This document shows positions 40,345-50,510 of a stretch of 64,000 nucleotides of DNA, piece by piece (the stretch's first letter is position 1; each line of letters starts with the position of its first letter). The stretch covers positions 186,001 through 250,000 of the forward strand of contig CAXBME010000004.1 of NCBI GenBank assembly GCA_963976765.1, read 5' to 3'. The translations under genes were made by a program, and so were the position numbers. The stretch is from an uncultured Planctomycetaceae bacterium (GTDB lineage Bacteria > Planctomycetota > Planctomycetia > Planctomycetales > Planctomycetaceae). The notes under the pieces are model-generated. The model ran no database searches. It saw nothing but the letters and a program-made list of their open reading frames with translations, and was not told the origin of the DNA.

Positions 40345-41535
40345 ATGTACGGCGGTTTTCGCGAGTATCTTGCCGGTCAGTTGGACGAAATCCGCTCACG
40401 GGGACTCTGGAAGTCGGAACGACTGATCGAATCCCCGCAGGACGCTCATGTGCAGCTCGGTCAGTCACAGGGGTTGCTGAATCTTTGCTCCAATAACTAC
40501 CTGGGACTGGCCGACCATCCGGAAATTATCGAAGCCGCTCACAAGGGGCTTGACCGGTGGGGGTACGGGCTGGCGTCTGTTCGATTTATCTGTGGCACGC
40601 AGAAGATTCATCGTCAACTGGAAGCTCGGCTGAGCGATTTCCTGGGCACAGACGACACCATTCTTTACTCGTCCTGTTTCGACGCGAATGGTGGCCTGTT
40701 TGAAACGTTGCTCGGCTCAGAAGACGCAGTCATTTCTGACGAGCTGAATCATGCGAGCATTATCGACGGAGTCCGGCTTTGTAAGGCGCAGCGGTTTCGA
40801 TATCGCAACAACGATCTCACCGATCTGGAAGCAAAGCTGAAAGAAGCAAAGGCGGCCCGGTTCCGGCTGATTGCTACCGATGGCGTTTTCTCGATGGATG
40901 GTTACATCGCGGACCTGGCCGGGATTTGCGAACTCGCCGACAAGTACGACGCACTGGTAATGGTCGATGATTCTCACGCCGTGGGTTTTGTCGGCGAGAA
41001 TGGACGCGGCACCCCCGAGCATTGCGGGGTTGGCAACCGAATTGACATTCTGACCGGCACGATGGGCAAGACGCTGGGAGGAGCCAGCGGCGGCTACACC
41101 AGCGGTCGACAGGAAATCGTCGATTATCTGCGGCAACGTTCGAGGCCATACTTGTTTTCCAATTCGCTGGCGCCGCCGATCGTGCAGGCAACGATCAAAG
41201 CGCTGGAACTGGTAACTCAGTCAACCGAACTTCGCGAGCAACTCAGAACGAACACAGAATTCATGCGTAAGGAGCTCGCGCGGCGTGGTTTTGAAGTCCG
41301 TGAAGGCGAACATCCAATCACTCCAGTCATGCTGGGCGATGCCGAGCTGGCGGCAAAATTTGCCGACTCGATGCTCAAAAAAGGCGTTTATGTAGTCGGC
41401 TTTTCGTATCCCGTCGTGCCAGTCGGACAAGCTCGGATCCGCACTCAGATGTCGGCGGTGCATTCGCAGGAAGACTTGAACTTCGCTGTCGACTGCTTCG
41501 AAAAGACCGGTCGCGAACTGGGAGTGATCTCCTGA
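40345..41535 (+). CDS. kbl: Glycine C-acetyltransferase (2-amino-3-ketobutyrate CoA ligase)
   Basis: [47 protein letters not shown]; downstream of tdh. Confidence 0.96.
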   Translation: MYGGFREYLAGQLDEIRSRGLWKSERLIESPQDAHVQLGQSQGLLNLCSNNYLGLADHPEIIEAAHKGLDRWGYGLASVRFICGTQKIHRQLEARLSDFLGTDDTILYSSCFDANGGLFETLLGSEDAVISDELNHASIIDGVRLCKAQRFRYRNNDLTDLEAKLKEAKAARFRLIATDGVFSMDGYIADLAGICELADKYDALVMVDDSHAVGFVGENGRGTPEHCGVGNRIDILTGTMGKTLGGASGGYTSGRQEIVDYLRQRSRPYLFSNSLAPPIVQATIKALELVTQSTELREQLRTNTEFMRKELARRGFEVREGEHPITPVMLGDAELAAKFADSMLKKGVYVVGFSYPVVPVGQARIRTQMSAVHSQEDLNFAVDCFEKTGRELGVIS

Positions 41536-41583
41536 TTCTTTCCAGGCAGGAGCCAGAGTCCGTCGGCGGCATCTTCGGGCGAC

Positions 41584-41796
41584 TCATAAATCCTGGGAGC
41601 AGTGCTGACACTGAGGTTTGGCAGCCTCAGTCGTGCGACCGCAGTGAGGGCAACTGAGCGTGACGCCGCGGGCGACGGGAGCAGCCGAGTCGCCATCGCC
41701 CTTTTTGAACAGACGAGTGATGATCAGGACGACAAAAGCTCCAGCGACCAGAACGCCGATGAAGAGCACTCCGATTCCGAGAAAACTGACTCCCAC
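41584..41796 (-). CDS. Small membrane protein with C-terminal zinc ribbon
   Basis: TM helix, then CPHC-x10-CQHC; AAGGAG RBS before GTG. Confidence 0.75.
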   Translation of the reverse strand: MGVSFLGIGVLFIGVLVAGAFVVLIITRLFKKGDGDSAAPVARGVTLSCPHCGRTTEAAKPQCQHCSQDL

Positions 41797-41848
41797 TTTG
41801 ATTTCTCCTTTTCACCAGACGCCGACTTATTCCGATCCGCCGTTGGAA

Positions 41849-42052
41849 CTACTGCAACTCTTTGCCGCACGACTCGCACGTCTTCCGACCAACTCGGGTT
41901 TCCCGACCGCAGTGGAAGCAGTTCAGGCTGGCGTTCTGAACTTCGACCGTGCCAAATCCAAATCCGACGGCAAAAAGGATCGCGCCGCAGACAATCGCGA
42001 CGAGGGCGACGGTGCTGACCACTTCTTCGAGCATCGGAATGAATGGAACCAT
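41849..42052 (-). CDS. Small membrane protein with C-terminal zinc ribbon
   Basis: TM helix, then CFHC-x10-CESC; similar to the downstream ORF. Confidence 0.7.
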   Translation of the reverse strand: MVPFIPMLEEVVSTVALVAIVCGAILFAVGFGFGTVEVQNASLNCFHCGRETRVGRKTCESCGKELQ

Positions 42053-42392
42053 GTGACATTCTGCCTATAAGAGCGGTTGCCAATCCGCTATCGGCCTGAT
42101 GGCGTTCGTGAATTATGTGGAGTTGAATTCTGCGTTGATCGGTTGATTGACGCGAGCGCTCCGCGTTCAGTGTGACAGGCAGCGTTCCGAATTCGCAACA
42201 GGGAACAGTGTCCACAGCACGCGATTCAGAATGTGGTGTCGCTCGTGAGTGAATTCAGGAATCAGGTAAAAGGTGGCATCGGGTGAGAATCTTCGGCGGC
42301 GGAGCTAACATGGCGGGAAAGATTTACTCATCCAGCAGCACCCTTCAGCGACCCTCTGTTCGCTGTCGCCACTCAGGAATTCGGGGCCGGTC

Positions 42393-43877
42393 ATGTTGAA
42401 TCGAGGCAGCGTTCGGAGTCTGAGGTTTGCCGTCAGTTTGACAGCGGCACTTGCTTCCGTCGTGGGAACTGCCAGGCAACCAGCATTTGCCGACACGTTT
42501 GAGTATGTCGACGAAAAGGGCGAGGACCAGAAAATTGAAGCTCGGTTTTACGGTTCCGGGCAAGGGGCGATCGCTCTTGAAAAGGGAGACGGATCGCTAA
42601 CGATTATTCCTCAGGCGGCGCTCAAAAAGCGAACTCCCGGCGATGATCCTGCGCCGATGACACCACAGGAAATGCTGACTCGGCTGGAAGGTGAGTTCGG
42701 CGAAGACCTGTTTCGCGGGCGAGTCGAGAAGCAATATGTGGTAGGGGTTGTGCTGACCGCTCCGCTGCCGAAGACCTCGGAACGTCGTGTCGGAGCCAAT
42801 CTGCTGAAAGCCGCTCGCTACATGAGTGGGATCGAAACCATGTTTCAGCGATTCTGCAAGTCGATGAAAGTCGATCGGGAAGATCCAAAGTTTCCACTGG
42901 TCGTGCTGATCTTTGAAACCGACGACGACTTTAATGAATACACAACGAAACACACGGGCGGCCAGGGACTGTCGGCAGAGAATATCGCGGGGTTCTATTC
43001 GCCGCAGACAAACTATCTGTACGTGAGAATGAGCGAGTGTTACTCGTTCGCCACGCCGCTCCACGAAGCGATCCATCAGCAATGTTTCAACACGCGGGTT
43101 CTTTCGCGGCTTGCCCCGTTGCCCGTGTGGTTCAGCGAAGGGATCGCGACCGGTTTCGAAGGAAACGGTGACCGCGTTCAAAGTGACCCGTTCAAACTGA
43201 ACGCAGCCTACGTGAAAATCATTACGCAATCCGGCGGGTTGCCGCGGCAGATGTCATGGAATGATGTCGTAACGACGGATCAGGTGTTTCGAGGCGACAT
43301 CTTTGCCGGCTCGGCTTACGTCCATGCGTGGAGTATGCACTGGCTGCTGGTCAGCAGGTTCCGAACGCAGTATCCCGAGTATTTGAGATATCTATCGACG
43401 CTTGAACCGTTAGCTGAGGAATCAACACGAGTGCGTTCCGCTAAGTTTGAAGAGATCTTTGGAGCGACTCCAAACGCCATTCAGGAAGAGTTCGGCCCGG
43501 CGTTTGAGGCGGCAATGCGACGCTTCAAACCGCCGCAGGGCAGCGAAGAACGCCCCGGAACGATCAGTCGAATTTCGAATCTAGCTGGCGTCGATGCTTA
43601 CGCCGAATCCGACGGTTTCAATATGAAAGTGCAGGCTCAACTGAGAAACCTGTCACCGATTCGCGAAATGTCCTTTGTCGTAACCGTCGTTTCTGATTCG
43701 GGCAGCGTTGCTCAATGGTTTCTTCCGGAGATGAAGATCAATGAGTTTCAGCTTCTTGAACCGAAGCTCGTGCGAGGTCGAGGTTTTAATGTGATGGTCC
43801 AGTCAACTCCGACAGACAGTGACACCGCCGCAAGCTGGCGTCGTGGACAGTTACCAACTCTCAGGTTGCGGAGGTAA
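42393..43877 (+). CDS. DUF1570-like exported zinc-metallopeptidase-fold protein
   Basis: AGFYSP, HEAIHQ, PVWFSEGIA, AYVHAWS; signal peptide. Confidence 0.8.
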   Translation: MLNRGSVRSLRFAVSLTAALASVVGTARQPAFADTFEYVDEKGEDQKIEARFYGSGQGAIALEKGDGSLTIIPQAALKKRTPGDDPAPMTPQEMLTRLEGEFGEDLFRGRVEKQYVVGVVLTAPLPKTSERRVGANLLKAARYMSGIETMFQRFCKSMKVDREDPKFPLVVLIFETDDDFNEYTTKHTGGQGLSAENIAGFYSPQTNYLYVRMSECYSFATPLHEAIHQQCFNTRVLSRLAPLPVWFSEGIATGFEGNGDRVQSDPFKLNAAYVKIITQSGGLPRQMSWNDVVTTDQVFRGDIFAGSAYVHAWSMHWLLVSRFRTQYPEYLRYLSTLEPLAEESTRVRSAKFEEIFGATPNAIQEEFGPAFEAAMRRFKPPQGSEERPGTISRISNLAGVDAYAESDGFNMKVQAQLRNLSPIREMSFVVTVVSDSGSVAQWFLPEMKINEFQLLEPKLVRGRGFNVMVQSTPTDSDTAASWRRGQLPTLRLRR

Positions 43878-43881
43878 CCCC

Positions 43882-44724
43882 GTGGAAGTTGCTATCGGAA
43901 GTTTGCTGGTCGGCCTGGCGTGCGGAATTCTGCCGTTCGGAGCCGAAGAACATTACGGTCGCGGCGTCGATTTCATCGAGGCTGACATTCGAGACAAACT
44001 GCGACACCTGAGAGTGTCCGCAAAGAATCTGCGATGGTGGCTGCACGCGTGGTCGGTCTTTGTCGTTGTGACATTTTTCACACTCAGCGTGGCGTTCTCG
44101 TCGGTGCCGCTCGCGCTGACGGTCTCGTGCCTGCTGGTCTGTCTGCCGTGGTACATTGTCCGCCGGAAGGCTGAGCAGCGGCGGCAGATGATCGAAGACC
44201 AGCTTGCTGACGCCATGGTTTCTCTGTCGAGCGCGATCAAGGCAGGACTCTCGCTGGCGCAGGCGCTCGACATTCTTGCTCAGCAGACTCCGAGACCAAT
44301 CTGCCAGGAATTTCAACAGATCATTGGCGAGTACCAGCTCGGAAAACCAATGGAACGCTGCCTGGCGGAAGCAAGAAAGAAACTTCGCAGCGAAAATTTT
44401 GCTCTTTTTGCGGCGGCGATGGAGGCCAGTCGGGACAGCGGTGGTCGACTCAACGAAACCGTCGACCGGATCGCGCATTCGGTTCGTGAATTGCAGCGTC
44501 TCGAACGGAAGATTAACTCAGAAACAGCACAGGCCAGAACGTCGGCCCTATACATGGCTCTGGCCCCGGTTTTTGTCCTGGCCGTTTACTATTTCGTAAT
44601 CGATCCGGTTAACACCGAGCGATTGTTTACGACGTTCGCCGGCCAGGTCATGCTCAGTTTCGCCGTGATTCTGAACGTGACTGCCTGGTTGTGGGCACGC
44701 CAGATCCTCAACCCGGAAATCTAG
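43882..44724 (+). CDS. Type II secretion system F / TadB-like protein
   Basis: QLADAM..LSSAIKAGLSL, EF, SGGRL, C-terminal TMs; GGAGG RBS. Confidence 0.88.
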   Translation: MEVAIGSLLVGLACGILPFGAEEHYGRGVDFIEADIRDKLRHLRVSAKNLRWWLHAWSVFVVVTFFTLSVAFSSVPLALTVSCLLVCLPWYIVRRKAEQRRQMIEDQLADAMVSLSSAIKAGLSLAQALDILAQQTPRPICQEFQQIIGEYQLGKPMERCLAEARKKLRSENFALFAAAMEASRDSGGRLNETVDRIAHSVRELQRLERKINSETAQARTSALYMALAPVFVLAVYYFVIDPVNTERLFTTFAGQVMLSFAVILNVTAWLWARQILNPEI

Positions 44725-44830
44725 AGCACTTCCAGCATTCGTTCTCAGTGTTCTGCATGGAGTGCGGCAAATGAAACAATGGCTGTTCCGGGCGCCAGCT
44801 CCTGCACATAAACTCATGAAAATGATTCAG
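44721..44830. mobile_element. MITE-like repeat, copy A
   Basis: Begins CTAGAGCACTT and ends AAAATGATTCAG; 37-bp core 44778-44814 is 35/37 identical to 50460-50496. Confidence 0.6.
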
Positions 44831-45232
44831 GGCCAGCCTTGCTGAGCGAGACTCTGGCAGGCTGCTTACACTTTTGACGCTGCGGTTTACCGACCAATAG
44901 TTGGCAACCTGGCCAACTTGTCAGAGTTCCGAACCCATCTTCACACAATCCTGGTGGTTGTAAACTCGTTCCTGCAGGAAATTGCCGATAGAATCCCGCA
45001 ACTTTGAGGTTTCGGGCGTAGCAGGTTCGCCTTTCCCTGGGATCTCTGCCACGTTGCGTTTCTGCGTTCAGTTGAACTCGAAACGCGATCCTGTCTGGCA
45101 CGAACAGTTTCGCTGCATTATTGAGAGTATTACTTCCTGCTCAGTCGTTGCTCTCCGACTGTGCGATCCAGGTATCGAAATTTCACCGACCGTTTTTTGT
45201 TCCGGTCGCAGCTTTCCTCAAAGGTGTTTTCC

Positions 45233-47518
45233 ATGCGTCGACAGTTTTACGGGCTTGTCTCTTTCTGCTTAGTGGTGGCGCTGATTGGCTGCGGCGATAA
45301 GGCGAAGGTCGAACCGATCGAAACAGGGGCAGGATCAGCCGCGCTGCCTGATTTGAACAGCGATCCTTCCACCAATGGCGATTCGACAGCCGATCCTGCC
45401 AGCAGCTCGAAAAGTGGCTCGTCAGAAGCCCCGCATAAGGGACATTCTCACGCCAAACAGATGGAAGGTCGCAAGACGTTGGATGGCAACTGGCTGCTGG
45501 CCTTTCCACAGCTTGTACCACCGCAGCAGGAAGGTCAGGAATTTCAGGCCGGCGAACGAGCCGTTCTCCTGTTCAACATTTCCGGGTCGGACAGTGATTC
45601 GCCGACGATTTCAGCGATTACCGGTCGCCAGGGGCTTGAACAGATCAAATTCCAGGATCTGCAGATCAAAGATGGTGCAATTCAGTTTCGAACAGAGAAC
45701 TCACAGGGCGCCAGAGTTTTCGACTATTCAGGAAAACTTGTCAGCGGCCTGGTCCTTGGCTCGACGTTGTTCGCAGACGGGAACCTTGCCGTTTCAAGAT
45801 TGCTGCCGACGGAGGAAAAAACATTCGCCCGGATCCCAGCGATGATTCCTCTGCCGGAAACTCCGGTCTTCGTCCAGCTCGGCACGTCTCCGGTTCCGGA
45901 CGAAGACACCCGGGCCTTCGTTGAGATGATTCCGATCAGCCCACTGGGCCGGATGGCGTACCTTCGACTGGTCAACATGACGGCAGGGAAAAAAGCGTCA
46001 GCGCAAGAACTTGAGAACGTGATCAACGAGTTCACTGAAGCGATGACCGACTGGGGCGATCGCGTCGTCATGTACAGCGAGTTTGAATCGTTCAGCGCCG
46101 CGACGATGGCCGGATATGACGTCAACTGGTGCCTGGCTAAGGCGGATGAACTCGAAGAAAAGTTGAAGAACAGCGAGGATCTGAAATCATTCGTGGGGCA
46201 GCTTGCCGGACTTCGCACCCAGATCAAGTACCGACAGACGACAGAACTGCTCGGATCGAAGGAAGAAGCGGACCGTGTCAAAGGCCGTAAGCTCGCCCAG
46301 GAGTTTCTGGAGAAATCTCCGTTTGAGCCGATTCTTTCGTCACTGCTGGCTGACGACGCCAGGCTTTATGGAAGCAAAGACGACGCGATCGAACGTTATG
46401 CCGCACTGGTCGCGCTGCCAATGCAGGAGCGAATGCTGCAGCAGGTCTGGTCGAGTGAGCCCGTGCAGAGAATTCTGCCGACCGAACGGCTCGCAACTCT
46501 GTGGAAGGAAAAACATGGCAGCACCGAGGGGCTCGATGAGTATCTCGCTGCGGCCTACCAGAAGGGCCTGCAGAGCTTTATCGATCCACCCGTTGAGTCA
46601 TCCCCTGACGACGCCGGCCAGCACGTCGTTCTGGTGGAACTGTTTACGGGAAGCCGATGCGCTCCCTGCGTGGCTGCCGACGTCGGACTGGAGGGGATCG
46701 AGAAGACTTATTCAAAATCGCAGGTCGTCACACTCCGATATCACGTGCACGTTCCCGGTCACGATCCTCTGACCAATGACGACTGCGAAGCTCGTTTCCA
46801 CAACTACTACAAAGCACCAGGCACTCCGAGCATGTACGTCGATGGTCACACTCTAAACGGAGTGGCAGGCGTGATGCCGAATGCTCCGCAAACGTATCGC
46901 GGCCTGCGAAACGTGATCGACGAATTGCGCAAAGCAGCCAGTACGGAGGAGCCAAAAGATGCGGCTGCTGAAAAGACTGAATCAACTGCTGACGCCGAGA
47001 AAGCTGAAACTGAAGACTCCGCGAAAGAACCGGACGGCGACGGTAAGGCTGCGAAACCGGACGAAAAATCTGCCGAAGAAGCAAAGCCGAAACTGACGAT
47101 CGAACTGAAGGTATCCAGACAGCAGGATACGATTCAGGTTTCGGCAACCGTGAATGGAGTAACGCCAGAAACTCCGGGCGTGCGACTGATGCTGGCACTG
47201 GCCGAATCGGGTATCAAGTACGAATCGTTCAACGGAATTCGCCATCACGACATGGTCGTTCGGCAGTTGATTGGCGGCGACCGGGGAACGAGCCCGAAAG
47301 ATGGCGTGCTCACTTTCCAGGGAACAGTGAAGGTCAATGAGTTGCGAGACCGGCTCCACTCTTATCTGACAGAATTCGAGGAAAACCAGGGCGTTCAGTT
47401 CACATCCATGCCTCTCGACCTGGCGAATCTGTCTGTCGTGGCGTTTGTCCAGGAAGTTGAAACCCGGAAGGTGCTGCAATCGACAATTGCTCCCGTGACT
47501 GGCGCTGCCGGAAATTAA
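45233..47518 (+). CDS. Lipoprotein with C-terminal thioredoxin-like (Omp28/DUF1223-like) domain
   Basis: Lipobox LIGC; ELFTGSRCAPC; YHVHVPGHDPL; GTPS; NGIRHH. Confidence 0.75.
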   Translation: MRRQFYGLVSFCLVVALIGCGDKAKVEPIETGAGSAALPDLNSDPSTNGDSTADPASSSKSGSSEAPHKGHSHAKQMEGRKTLDGNWLLAFPQLVPPQQEGQEFQAGERAVLLFNISGSDSDSPTISAITGRQGLEQIKFQDLQIKDGAIQFRTENSQGARVFDYSGKLVSGLVLGSTLFADGNLAVSRLLPTEEKTFARIPAMIPLPETPVFVQLGTSPVPDEDTRAFVEMIPISPLGRMAYLRLVNMTAGKKASAQELENVINEFTEAMTDWGDRVVMYSEFESFSAATMAGYDVNWCLAKADELEEKLKNSEDLKSFVGQLAGLRTQIKYRQTTELLGSKEEADRVKGRKLAQEFLEKSPFEPILSSLLADDARLYGSKDDAIERYAALVALPMQERMLQQVWSSEPVQRILPTERLATLWKEKHGSTEGLDEYLAAAYQKGLQSFIDPPVESSPDDAGQHVVLVELFTGSRCAPCVAADVGLEGIEKTYSKSQVVTLRYHVHVPGHDPLTNDDCEARFHNYYKAPGTPSMYVDGHTLNGVAGVMPNAPQTYRGLRNVIDELRKAASTEEPKDAAAEKTESTADAEKAETEDSAKEPDGDGKAAKPDEKSAEEAKPKLTIELKVSRQQDTIQVSATVNGVTPETPGVRLMLALAESGIKYESFNGIRHHDMVVRQLIGGDRGTSPKDGVLTFQGTVKVNELRDRLHSYLTEFEENQGVQFTSMPLDLANLSVVAFVQEVETRKVLQSTIAPVTGAAGN

Positions 47519-47631
47519 ACCGACCGTCGTCAAAGCAACCGCGAAACTGCATTCTGATCTGAACGTCAATCGAGCGATTCCAGTGTCGACTATCAATCCG
47601 GTCTGATTGCCGGATGGGGAAGGGAAGCCTG

Positions 47632-48486
47632 ATGCCTGCTGATCCAGTTTCTGTAGGTGATCTTCAATGTGGCACCGGCCATCCGTTGCTGTTCATCGCT
47701 GGCCCGTGCGTGATTGAGAGTGAAGAATTCATTCTCGACGTCGCAAAACGGCTCGCCGAACTGGCTGCGGACCTGGGAATCCAACTGGTCTTCAAGTCGA
47801 GCTTCGACAAAGCCAACCGGACGAGCATCCATAGCTTTCGCGGCCCGGGGCTGGATCGTGGCCTGAGCATCCTTGCAAAGGTGAGAGAGCAAACCGGACT
47901 CGACGTGACGACGGATATTCACGAACCATCGCAGGCCGCTGCGGCCGCGAAGGTGTGTCGCATCCTGCAGATCCCAGCCTTCCTCGCTCGGCAGACCGAC
48001 CTGATTCAGGCCGTCGCTGAGGAGACCGCGAAGAACGGCGGAATCGTCAACGTGAAGAAGCCTCAGTTCATCGCTCCTGAAGACACGATTCACATCGTCA
48101 GAAAATGTGAAGAGTCAGGAAACTCCAACATCCTGCTGACCGAGCGTGGCACAACGTTTGGATATGGTCGTCTGGTCAACGACATGCGTTCGATTCCGGT
48201 CATGCACGCCACGGGTGCACCGGTCGTTTTTGACGCGACTCACAGCGTTCAATTGCCGGGTGGAGCGACCACCAGCGGACAGCGTGAAATGGTTCCAATT
48301 GTTGCCCGAGCGGCCGTAGCTGCCGGCTGTCACGGAGTCTTCATCGAGACTCACCCCGATCCTGATAAGGCCATGAGCGACGGCCCCAACATGGTACCGC
48401 TCGATCAGATCGGAACCCTGTTTCAACAACTTACAAAATTAAGGCGAGTCGTCCTTGAGTTCGGCCAGAGTGCTGATTCAAACTGA
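47632..48486 (+). CDS. kdsA: 3-deoxy-8-phosphooctulonate (KDO8P) synthase
   Basis: [43 protein letters not shown]. Confidence 0.96.
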   Translation: MPADPVSVGDLQCGTGHPLLFIAGPCVIESEEFILDVAKRLAELAADLGIQLVFKSSFDKANRTSIHSFRGPGLDRGLSILAKVREQTGLDVTTDIHEPSQAAAAAKVCRILQIPAFLARQTDLIQAVAEETAKNGGIVNVKKPQFIAPEDTIHIVRKCEESGNSNILLTERGTTFGYGRLVNDMRSIPVMHATGAPVVFDATHSVQLPGGATTSGQREMVPIVARAAVAAGCHGVFIETHPDPDKAMSDGPNMVPLDQIGTLFQQLTKLRRVVLEFGQSADSN

Positions 48487-48622
48487 CAAAACGCGCAGAG
48501 GCTGCGTTGATCAATCGGCATGACAGCAGACTGGAACAAGCTCTGCGCAGTTCCGCGAATTCGGGCGTTATTTGCGGAGTAATTCCAAGTTATCGATGTT
48601 TAGAATCAGAAACAGCAGCAAG

Positions 48623-50365
48623 ATGAATTCAGTAGATCAACCAGTCTGGAGTCGAGTGATTTCGATCCTGTCGGCAAGCTCTGGCATCGCGATGTGCGGC
48701 GTACTTCTGCTTCTGGCAGGTTGCAACAAGAAAGTCGCAGAGCCTGTCGGTAACGAGGTGCAGCCGGAAGAAACAGTCGTCATTTCACTGGAGACGACAT
48801 TTCAGGGATTGTCGCCGGGCGAGTTCGAAATCAACGTCCCTCGCGACCTGCCCACGTCGGACATGGACGAGTGGGGGCAGGAAATGCTCGCCGACATGGT
48901 GGATCCGGAAGTCGACGAGAAACAGCTTGCCGAGACCTTGTCAAAACTTCTCCCAGCCGAGGTTGTCGAACGGGTTCTCCGTCGCCAGTTCGTACTGCGA
49001 GATTCGACGCACATTCGAGACTGTCTCTGGGCACGGGAAGTCGCAGAGTCCGTGGCAGCCGAGGCAAAATCCGAACTGGATTCAGTGGTCGATCTCTTCT
49101 ACTTCGTCGTGAACACGATTCACGTTGTGCCGGTTGCCGACTCGCTGCCGTTCGGCCCGTTCGAATCAACTTTGTACGGGACGGGAACGGCTGAGGATCG
49201 TGCCTGGGCATTTGCGACGCTGCTCCGGCAGCGCCGAATTCCGACAATGGTGTTTGTCGATCCGGAATCCGCCGCTGAGCAGAAAGATCCAGCCACAAAG
49301 AATCTGCTTGTCGGGGCACTTTTGAACGATGCGATCTACCTGTTCGACGCTGGACTGGGGCTGCCCATTGCAAGTCCCGCCGAACCTGCCACCAGCGTCC
49401 TCGTTCGACAGCCCGCAACTCTGAATCAGGCACTGGATAACCCAGCCGTTCTGGCGAACATGGGAGTCGGCGAAACAGCACCCTACCCGATAACTCTGAA
49501 GCAGTTCAGGACGCTGCAACCACTGATCATTGGCGATTCGAGTATCTGGTCCCGTCGAATGGAAGGTTTGCGAAACGGTCAGCCCGTCGATGTAAAAGCT
49601 CTCGTCTTTGACGCACTGGTGTCGTGCGGACCGTTTGAAGGTCTGGTCGAAATCGTTTCGAAGCACCTTTCGAAAGTGCAGCCAGAATCAAATGTCGGGG
49701 TCTGGCTTTACCCCGAACAACAGCGGGAAGCACGAGAGTCAGTCAGCAGAAACGACGATCAGTCAGCGCGCCTGGCCTTGCTGAATGACACCTTCAAAGT
49801 TCCACAGCCAATTCGAGTCAACTCGAAACTGGATGAAACGAATCCGGGCCAGCAGAAACTGGAGTTCCAGTTTGGAGCATCCTGGGGCACGCATCGCCGA
49901 GGCCGCATTGATCAGGTCATGGGGCGGCCCGAGCACGCGATTCCAGCGTTCCTGAAGGTTCAGGACTGGCGAACGATGCCGCCATCACCGGACGACGAAC
50001 CGGTTGATCCCCGCCTGAAGGCGCTCGCCGAACAGCAACTCCCTGATGACGTGAAGACACGGCACTTGAATGCCGCCGAAGAAGCACTCTTCTGGCGAGC
50101 ACAATGTCAGTTGCAGAAAGGAGCCTACTCGTCCGCAGCCTCCGATCTGGAAAGTTATCTTCGTCAGCTGCAATCCGGGCCAAGTCCTTATCCTGGGCAA
50201 TTCAGGGATGAAGCCAGCTACCTGGCGGGCTTTGCACTGGCCATGTCAGGAAACAGTCGTCGCGGTGCAGCGTTCATGAAGAACGTCGATCCGAAAGGGC
50301 CACGCTACGACGCGTCGAGGTGGCTGGTTAACCGCTGGACAACGCAGCCAGACAAGGCCGAGTGA
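48623..50365 (+). CDS. Hypothetical lipoprotein, transglutaminase-like fold with TPR-like tail
   Basis: LLLAGC lipobox; GTAEDRAWAFATLLRQ; YLFD; helical C-terminus; start uncertain. Confidence 0.65.
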   Translation: MNSVDQPVWSRVISILSASSGIAMCGVLLLLAGCNKKVAEPVGNEVQPEETVVISLETTFQGLSPGEFEINVPRDLPTSDMDEWGQEMLADMVDPEVDEKQLAETLSKLLPAEVVERVLRRQFVLRDSTHIRDCLWAREVAESVAAEAKSELDSVVDLFYFVVNTIHVVPVADSLPFGPFESTLYGTGTAEDRAWAFATLLRQRRIPTMVFVDPESAAEQKDPATKNLLVGALLNDAIYLFDAGLGLPIASPAEPATSVLVRQPATLNQALDNPAVLANMGVGETAPYPITLKQFRTLQPLIIGDSSIWSRRMEGLRNGQPVDVKALVFDALVSCGPFEGLVEIVSKHLSKVQPESNVGVWLYPEQQREARESVSRNDDQSARLALLNDTFKVPQPIRVNSKLDETNPGQQKLEFQFGASWGTHRRGRIDQVMGRPEHAIPAFLKVQDWRTMPPSPDDEPVDPRLKALAEQQLPDDVKTRHLNAAEEALFWRAQCQLQKGAYSSAASDLESYLRQLQSGPSPYPGQFRDEASYLAGFALAMSGNSRRGAAFMKNVDPKGPRYDASRWLVNRWTTQPDKAE

Positions 50366-50404
50366 TTCGCGGGAAGGTAACCGGCGTGAATCACCTTCGT
50401 CGGC

Positions 50405-50510
50405 GAAATCGCTTTCAGAATTCCTTTTCAGTGTTCTTCACGAGAGCCACAAAGGAACTAATGGCTGTTCGGGGCGCCAGCTCCTGCACAGAAACTATTA
50501 GAATGGCCTA
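50405..50510. mobile_element. MITE-like repeat, copy B (degenerate)
   Basis: Aligns with 44721-44830 over about 100 bp. Confidence 0.6.

Noticed and set aside
46930..47095. Low-complexity Ala/Glu/Lys insert in the thioredoxin-like lipoprotein
   Set aside because: Looks like an ordinary disordered linker; no DNA palindrome or tandem unit
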